Source: Amphiscolops sp. MND2022
Lineage: Eukaryota
Length of the DNA: 64,000 bases
Reading direction: 5' to 3'
Assembly: GCA_964187785.1 (NCBI GenBank)
Contig: OZ076417.1
Span: 25,110,001-25,174,000, forward strand
The notes under the pieces are model-generated. The model ran no database searches and was not told the DNA's origin. It was given only the letters and a program-made list of their open reading frames with translations. The number at the start of each line of letters is the position of its first letter. Position 1 is the stretch's first letter. The translations under genes were made by a program, and so were the position numbers. Positions 25,901-34,900 of this stretch are shown here, piece after piece.

Positions 25901-28900
25901 CTTATCAGAAAAATCCAACAGAATATTGCGAGCAACGGTGAAAACATACGAGCATACAGGAACCTACGTGTTTCTAAAACTCTTCAAAAAGAAGCCAGAC
26001 GCCGAATTTGCTCTGGTTCAAAAAATCACGTTGACAAAAGAAGAGTTTGAAATTCTACTGTGGAAAGGAAAATCAGTTCTACAACCGTCGAATATAAAAA
26101 AAGTTACAAAAAAGTGCAAAAAAATTAAGAAACCCTCATTTGTTGATTCTGTGGCGGAGGAGGATGACGGGGACAACGTAGACGGAGAAAACAAGGAGAA
26201 TATTGATCCTAGAAAGTATGGTGGAAGCAATGTTTGAGCGTTCTCCCGATTACTTTAAGCAATTTAGAAAAAACTTTCGCTTCTTTTTATTCAAGGAAAA
26301 ACCCAAAGCTGGCGTGGACTTCCCATTAGATGTTGTTATTTCCATTGGCTTACACTCACCTGTGCATGATGGGCTTTGTAACGCTTTGCCAGACAATCAC
26401 TATCATGTTTTGGCCCAGTGTTTTGGTGAAAATTATAAAGGGCAACCCAAAAGTTATTTATTACCATGTTTATATTCAACCTACGCCTTACTAATTGCAA
26501 ACAGTGATGAAAAGGAAAGATGTGGTGAAATTTTTGAAAAATTGGATCAAGCCGTTCAATACAATTGTGACCCTCCTAATCGAAACCCAAAGAAACTTTT
26601 GCCATCAATCTGTTTTTCTGTTCAAAAATGTGACAAGGCTGTGCAAGTCAGCTCTGGGTTGAGTCAAGGAACAATACAACGCTTGGAAAATGTTATGCTT
26701 GGACCGTATGGTGGTCATTTCCTACTCATTGCTGATATTTTTCAAACTGGTCACGGATCGCTTAATTTTGTGCCTGTACTAACCTTTTCTCTGAATGAAA
26801 TTGTTTGAGAATAAAAATGTTTGAAATTAAACATTAAATTACATGAGAGTTTTTACAAAGCGAAGCAAATCAGTTTCAGAAATGTAAGAAATCAATGGAT
26901 AATACGAACTTAACAAAAAATGAGCAATATAAATACAATACAAACCACACAAGTTTGAATTTTGATTTTGTAACGGCGTCTTTGTGGCATCTTTTAATGT
27001 CTGCTGAACTTGGATTGGTATCGCGGAGATTCTTTTAGCAATATTAGGATAATGTAAAAATAGGTCTAGTCCAAGGGGATCTGCAAAGTTGAAAGTACCT
27101 TTCACGTTGCTCCAAACAATCCAATGTTTCCCAGCGCTGTTTGAGTTTTCTGAATTGACAATTACAAAAGTGTTGTTGGGTAATAGGATAGGAAACTTGT
27201 CTGCGGGATAAATTCCTCCAAACTTGTATTTCAATCTTGGGCTGTTTTTTATTAGGTGGGCAATGTAATCTTCATCCATTTTTCAAGTGGTAGGGTTTAA
27301 CATGACGTTTTTGGAGACTTTTCTATGAGAGTCAATGTAAATTGTTGATGCTTTTTCGCCCAACAGAAACACCTCAGTGTTCACTGCCAGCGCTGCTGAA
27401 AACTTCAACTCGAGCGAAATGGCAGCGTTAGTGAGCTCAGGATAAAGAAAATCATGAGATGCTTGTTGGGTGCTAGTCAGGTCAAACACCATTACAAAAT
27501 GATTAGCATAGTCGGCGAAAGGAATTCCATGTCCATGATGACCAAAGGCGACAGCATCCATTGTTGACATGTAAACTCGTTTCAGATCATCTGTTGCCAA
27601 AGGAGTTCCTGCAACAGGGTATCCATTCCGGTAAACAGTAACTTCGTTTAGGTTATGTTTTTGGTAATGAAATGGATTTGTGTCTTTTGAACCAAGAAAA
27701 GACGCATTACTGACGAGCGCCAAAGCGAATCGTCGAATTGGTTCTCGACTGAAAACGTCTTCCTTACTCCAACTGCGACTACCTGTCGGAATGAGAAAAG
27801 TTTTGGGTAGAACCTCTGTGTACCGATACAGAGCTGGAGTTTTTGTCAGAGTTTTCTCTATGGCTATGAAAACCTGCTCAGAAACTGTCATTTTCCGGAC
27901 GTAAAGATTGGCTTGGGTAATGGTAATTTTGTAAATTTTTGCAACGTCATCATGAATCAAAACAAACTCTGGTTTCGAACGGACAAAAGAAATTCGCAAA
28001 GTCACTCCACTCAGTAAATGTTTATCACAAGAAAATACATCAGCTGCAACTTTTCCAAAAAATGTTAATTCTCCAGACTGTCTCGACTCCAATTCTCTGT
28101 TTGTAAATGGAGTTGTTGTACTGTTCCCAGGATGCTGCTCATATGTATATCCTTGGCAACGTAACCATGTATCTTTGGCTTCCTTGCCATTCGAATATTC
28201 GGTTTCAATAAAGGCCTTGTGTGCGTAAACACCGTTTGCATTGGAAATTTTTATTCCATTAGCAGTAACAGTGCATTCGGAGAATAGAGAGTGTAATGTA
28301 TTATTCACAAAAATAGGAGTGTCTGTTTGTGTTGGATCCGTTGCATCATGTCGTAAGTCATTTCCATCGCTTGTTTAATTTTGCATTTTATCTCGAGAAA
28401 AATTTTTTGTAGGTCCAAAAAATTATTTCGGTCTCCTACAACTTCAAATTCCAATGTTGGTCCATTGGGGGAGTAAATCGGGCCAATCTTTTGTTCAAAG
28501 GAAGAGTCAAATGTAATCAAAACTGGTGATCGCTCAAAAATGTCGAGGGAACTATGTGAAGCTTCGAGTGGTAAAATATTAGGCAACATTTTTGACTTTT
28601 GAAAAGAAATCGGACCGACTTCTCTGTTTGCGTTTTGATTTCGTAATGGTTTTTCGTTTCTTTGAAGAACGTTTGCTTTTTCCACCAATCTGCTTCTTTA
28701 TCGTCTTTTTCATGGCTGTTTTAGCAGCCTCACGTGGCGATTTTCGCTTTGCAATAACATCAAAGACCTCAGGGACACTTTGAACGAGCAATTCTTTGCC
28801 AATTTTTTTGCAGCAGGTAAAATAAAATTTTTTGCAAAGGGTAAAGCCACTCGGCCAATACCGGCTGCCAGTGCACCAATTCCACTACCTCGTTGTCTGT

Positions 28901-31900
28901 TGTAACTGGCGAAATGGGGTAAATACACTTGCTTTGAGTAATAGTCTTCCATTAGGCGAATTTTTTAAATTTTAGGGTCAAAACAACTTGACCTTTACCA
29001 CAAAAGGGTACCAGGATCCCAGTCTCTGTTCTGAGTTGAATGCTTATTGTTTGAATATTTTGAACCAACAGTTTCTTGCATTGTAAATCAAAAAATGATC
29101 TTGTTTCCAAATTCTGGGTTGTCACGACCTTGCCACTTTCAACACGTTTCCCACTATCAATGATTCTCAAAACGGGTGCTTTTACGTCGCCCGTGTTTTG
29201 ATATTCAATCAAATCAGTGTAAACAAGAATTAGACTAATGCCAGAAATCAAATCCACCGGAAAGTCATTCACAACCCATCTACTGTTCAGGATGTCTTCG
29301 TTTCCTATATGAATACCAAAAGCAGTCTCTTTTCCCTTGAATCCAAGTAGGTTGGGAATGTTTCTGTTAGGAAAAGTGTAGCCAGCATATGCATCAAATT
29401 TAATTTCTAGGCCATTTTCGGTGGATCTATGTTTACCGTCTTCCGTGAGTAAATTTACTTTTGAACGCATTTCAAAAAGTAGGTTGTTGATATGACTGTA
29501 CATCGAAGGTCTTATCTTTAGTTTTTGATAATATGGAACAACTGGTTCAGAGTCAATTTCAATTTCCTCTGCTTTTTCTTCATCAATTTCGTCAAGGTTT
29601 TCTTCATCTTCCTTCTTTTTGGTAGTGTGAACGTAATAAAAAAGTCTGTGTAAACGTTATTAATTTCCGAGGGAAAAATAATTTCTGATAGAGCCACACG
29701 CCAGTCGCCTTCCAGGGAAATATTTTGTGGGAGTTGATTTTTGAATGCTGCCAATGTATTGTCACCAAAAATTTCTAATGACGCTGTGGATAATAAATGA
29801 ACTTCAAATTCGTCCATTTTTCTTTTTCACCAAAATCAATTCAGGCTGATAAAACTTGCCCAAGAGTTTTTCCTTCTCAGAGTCCAGTGAGTTGTAAGTT
29901 GGGGGATTGAGAGTTGCGATTTTTTCAATTTGAAAAATTTCGTCGGTAAAATTCTGTTTGTAACCTTTTTTGAAGGGTAAGTTTTCTTTTGACACTCTCA
30001 CAAAGTCACCGACTCTGAATTTCGGCACTCGTAGCTGTTTAGTGGACTTGTAAGAAACCAGAGAAATCAAATGAGGTACATCTTTATCTGAAACCTTCTT
30101 TGGAGCCAATCCTGTCACTCGGTTTACTCGTGAATTTATGATGTCAACAAAGTCATGGAGTTTTTTGATGTATTGATAAGACCATCTCTTTTCCAAATGT
30201 TTATATATAATGTTTTTTAGAGAACGAATATTACGTTCTGCAAAAGCAGATTTTGTCTCACCATGAGTGCTGTAAATGTCAATGTTTTTGGAATCGCAGA
30301 ACTGCTTAAATTCCCCTTTAAACTCTGATCCCTTGTCTGACCAGATTTTTTCGGGAATGGACTTTGTTATCATTCTTTTGAATGCTCTTGTTGAATCTGC
30401 TGCACTTTTTGTTTTCATTGGTTCAACCCGTAGGAATCTCGATAGTACATCAACTGCAACTAGCAAGTATTTCACACCGTTGTTGTATTTTGCTAATTTG
30501 TCCATATAAGCAACATCTATCGACCAAATCTCATTGATTCTGTAAGCTTGAACCTTCAATCGTGGAAAATTTTTTCTGGGAGCGTGATATTTTGTATGAG
30601 CGTCTGTTTGAGCCAAAAATGTTTCCACTTTCCTTTTTGGAAGCTTACTAGCTTTTTTCAAGTTTTCAACGCTACCATAAGCAGCTGGACCTTGTGTGTA
30701 AAGTTTCTCGAGGGTTTTTCTTTCAGATTCCGAGAGATGTCCATATTTTCGATCCAGACGCTTTGCTTTTAGCAATTTCTTCAGATTCTTCGTTGCAGGC
30801 ATCTGATTCGTCTCGAGTGGGTTCTGCTCTCTTTCTTGTTGTACTAGGGTTCAAAATGTTTTTGGCGTTCCGGTTAGGCACTAAATTAGGATTTACCATC
30901 AATTCTTTAAGAATGATAGAGTATGAAGGATCAGTTAGGTTTTTGTTGGGTTGCTGCAGATTATAAAGAAATGTTGAGAGCGAAATTTTTGTGGAAATTT
31001 TGTTTACTGTAATATCGCCTGTTTCATCAAAATCAATTGTTTCGGAAGATTCAATTTTGTTCAAAATTTCTCTCGTTCTTTGTTTTTGTGCCGCTGTGAG
31101 CATATCCAAAGACTTTAAAATATTTTCTTTACTGGTTTTTTCTTTCTTTTCTACTGTTGAGGGGTCCGGAAAAGTATTGTTTCTTTGCAGTAGAGTGAGA
31201 GACTTTGCCTTTTGTTCAACTTCTGGGTCTCTCAAAACTTGCAGTGTGGAGTGTTTCTGTTGAATATAAAAACTTTTTGAGATAAGTACAAATTCTTGGG
31301 TGTTCATAACGGAATTCAATCTGTCAGGTAACAGAAACAAGGCCGAATAATAAAGTTTAACAATTTGAGACCTTTTGGTGACATTAAAATTTTTCTGCGT
31401 TCCTTATTGGAGGTAGACCTTTTACAAAGTAATCTGAGTTGGATTTCGTACTGTTTTAATTCGTCCACGTTGATACCAACCGTTCCATTCACAACACTGA
31501 TTGCACACTCGCAACAAAATTTGAAAAATTCCTTGTCACAATGTCGTAGAAGTTTTTGTTGCTGTACTGAAGTGAGTTTTTCCAAGAGACTGAGTGTATG
31601 CAAATTTTTCTCGCTCATTGTTAATTTCTGTAATTTTTGCTTGTGACGAAGGCAAATAAAATATTGTTGGTCCTGGTCCTACAATGTTTGAACAAAAGCG
31701 TAGACATTCACTTGTCTTTGGATCCAAATCAATGAGTAAATGACCATGTGGTTCTGCAACAGCGTCTGTGTAGCACTCTTTTAGAAATACAGCTTTGTTT
31801 AATTGTCTTCCAAGATATTCAATTTGCTGTGTGTCACGAGGAGAATTAAAAAGAATAATGTGGGTTGTGTTGAGGTCAATTGTACGTGACCACTTACTTT

Positions 31901-34900
31901 GATGATACAAATTATGTTTGACAAAAATACAGTTAATTCCTCTGTGTCGGCCAGAGACTGCAATTTTTGCAAAGTTTTTATCTTGGTAAATTTCTTCGCA
32001 AGAGTCGTCAAATATCAGCAAACACTCCTGAAGCGTCTTTATCAAATCAAAATCCAGACAACTGATAAACTCGATGTTCATCCGTTTTTCCACTTCTTTG
32101 AAAATTTGTTGGAACTCGCGATAAAAGTAGTAAATTTTTTGAAAGCGTGGATAAAAGGTCTTGGATGTGAGCATAGAAAAAATCAGTCGGGTTTTTCCAG
32201 ATCCAGATGGTCCAACAACTGACATGAAAACTCTTTCTGTAGTAAAAATGATTTTGTTCATAATTTTGGGCTAGGTAAAAGATATCCAACTGATCCAGCC
32301 AAAAGTGATGTCCAAAGTGGCATGTCTTCACATGATACTTCAAAAAAGATTAGTTTCACCAGACAAATTGTTATCACAAAGAAAGCTGAGAATACATGAA
32401 AAAAAATATAACTTGCGATCGTGGTATGTTTGTAGCAAAACAAAATTTCCAGGCTGGTCTCTCATTATTATCTTTATCGAACACAATTTCTTGACATGAT
32501 AATACATCTGGTAAATCAACTGTTTCTGAACCCATTTTTCAAAAAGTGTACTACGAAATTATTAAATTCAATTCCAGTTAATTGTACATTATTACACACA
32601 CGTTGTATATCAGAAATGGTTCAAAATTGTTAAATAAAATGTTAGTACAAAAGATACAAAAAAAATGTACTGCGGAACATCATGCATTGTTTCCTTAGTA
32701 CGTGCCGGACCTTGTGTGTCGTTTACACAAGTTTTTTGTTGGCTGTCAATGTTGAGGTAGGTTAAGGTGCAGAGACAAGATTTTTCTTGCCATTGAGGCA
32801 CCGAAGGACTACACTGCAGAGAGAGTTAGTTCCAAAACAAAAAAAGCATTATATCAAATCACACAAAAAGTCAGTTCAAACTTTTGCTCCTTGGTAAGAC
32901 GAATATTCTTTGGGTTTCCAGCATTATAAATGAATTCCATTCTTTATCTTTTGTTTCCAAATCGATTTTGAATTTTGAGCCAGTTTTCCCAGATCCGTAA
33001 TAGAACCAAATTCTGAGGACACTTTTGGATTTGACTACGTCCCTCACTTCTTGTGGTAGATTCGGGCAATTTTTGTCAATTTCGACAGGAGGAGGTGGCC
33101 TGGAAATGTGCATGTTTAAAGGAGGTAGTTTCTTTTTCATCCTGGAAAGTTTTGAGTCTCGTGCACTAGAAGCTACTGACATATTCTTTCCAAAAGTCCT
33201 GCTTGCTTCCACCACACCACTATTGTTTGGAACAGCCTACACACAAACGCTCAAGTTTGGAGTCAACTTTTGATTGGTTTGCATTGCGCCTACTCTCTAA
33301 CCACTGATAAGCAACAGCAGTTTTCAATTTGCTGCAATGCCAGAAATGTTGTTGTTGACTATTCCATGGGAGAAAGTTTGCGTGGTTCCCACAAGAAACC
33401 ACAGCATTAACACATTAATGGTTAATTGGGGGACAACCAAGCCTTTGCAAAATGTAAACTTTTTTAAAATAGTTGGAGATAAATGCTCTCTTCACATGTC
33501 CGTCGACAAAAACAATTGCGTTGGGAAAACGAAGTCGTAAACTGGCCAAATAGTTATGGATAGAAGTGTAAGGGTAAACGCCACTGTCCCAGTCAATACC
33601 GTGTATTCTTTTTGTTAAGAATATTATCGAGTCGCGGTTAATAGTTGAAATTGTGGAAATGGCTTGAGGAGGTTTAAAAAGTAGGGTTTCTTGATAATTT
33701 TTACTGTGAACGCTCAGCTCTTTAACGATAAGACCGTTGTAGTCAAACCCTTCAAAGTCAATAACAAGAATTTCGTTCTCATTCAACATTCCAATTCACG
33801 GAACCAGTGGGCTTGTGCTGAATATTTGAGTTTCAAAATGCTCCAGAGAGGGCGAACTGAGCATGACCAAAACTTTTGCAATCTGGTTCTTCTATCCAAG
33901 CAGTCACACACGTCACTAAACGTCCCCATAAGCTCTTGCGAGTCGCGAACAATCACAAATAATCTGTACACTTTGCAATACTTGTAGAAAATTTCACATT
34001 TGATTTCTGGTTCTTCTTTCAGCAAATATTTCAAATGGCCCAAAGTAATGTTGTTGAAGTTGCAATTTTTTAGATATACCAAACAAAAACTTAGCACATA
34101 CTTTTGATAAGTTTCGAATTTGTCTGAATTGTCTAATGAAAGTCTATGAAAAGTTTGCTGCACTTTTACAACGTCTATTTTTTGGGGGTCCATTTCCAAT
34201 TTTGATTCTCGATTCTCAGCATTCCTTCCTGCTGCTGATATTTGCTTTATAATGAATTTTTATCAAAACACGTTCGTAACATCAGACGAATAATGCATTC
34301 GAACAAAACTGTACATAAATTTCACACCCTCTCGTACCCTATTAAACTTTGGTGTGAATTATACGACAAACTAGATTACTTTTTATTGGCCGATCGATCG
34401 CTTGGCACAACAATACTACAACCCGACTTAGTTGTTGTACCAGTATTAGTCAATCCAGCTTTACAATTCAATTACAACAAAATTTCAAGGTTAGTACTTT
34501 CCAAACTTTCAGGCATTCAAAGAATAAACAAGAGTGTCTACGCTTTTACATGTACTTTCGCAAAAATCCGATTCCAAAAACGAATACAAAAAGAATCCAA
34601 AAAACGAATACAAAAAGAATCCGACCAATAATTTACTAGTCAAAAGCCGAAGTATTTCCGAACACCAATTTGGAAGGACCCCTTCCTTTTAGGGATAGGT
34701 CCTAAAATTTCAGAGCAAGGACCCACCCCGTGAAAACCGAGGACCCCCCCCCCCGTTGAAAGGCCGGCGGAAATCTTAACTACTCCCGCAGACTCTAGGT
34801 ATTTATTACTTACTACACATGGAAGAGTGAATAAATGCTTACCATGCTTGGACTTCATGTACTTGAACTCGTCTTGAGTGGCCCTGGGCAGGATTCCGGG

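Larger units (their letters stand above)
14185..34784 (-). mobile_element. Full-length Polinton/Maverick (adintovirus-like endogenous dsDNA virus), ~15.9 kb without the nested Copia
   Basis: TIRs begin AGTAGT. 6-bp TSD CCCGCA at 14179-14184 and 34785-34790. Carries pPolB, rve integrase, A32 ATPase, adenain, MCP and penton genes. Confidence 0.96.

Noticed and set aside
28369-32406. Programmed -1 ribosomal frameshifting as the explanation for the split virion genes
   Set aside because: Only some sites (for example the core-gene A run) resemble an X XXY YYZ slippery heptamer, and the MCP site does not. A major capsid protein is unlikely to depend on low-efficiency frameshifting.
24828-34199. 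LxCxE Rb-binding oncoprotein-like motif in Polinton accessory ORFs
   Set aside because: Near-matches (VDCEA, LVCTTE, DACNE, and LDCEA in the PolB tail) do not fit the LxCxE spacing.
34242-34631. 129-aa ORF (and its mirror at 14339-14626) as Polinton genes
   Set aside because: They run through the TIR and its internal repeats, giving repetitive translation ([14 protein letters not shown]); most likely spurious.
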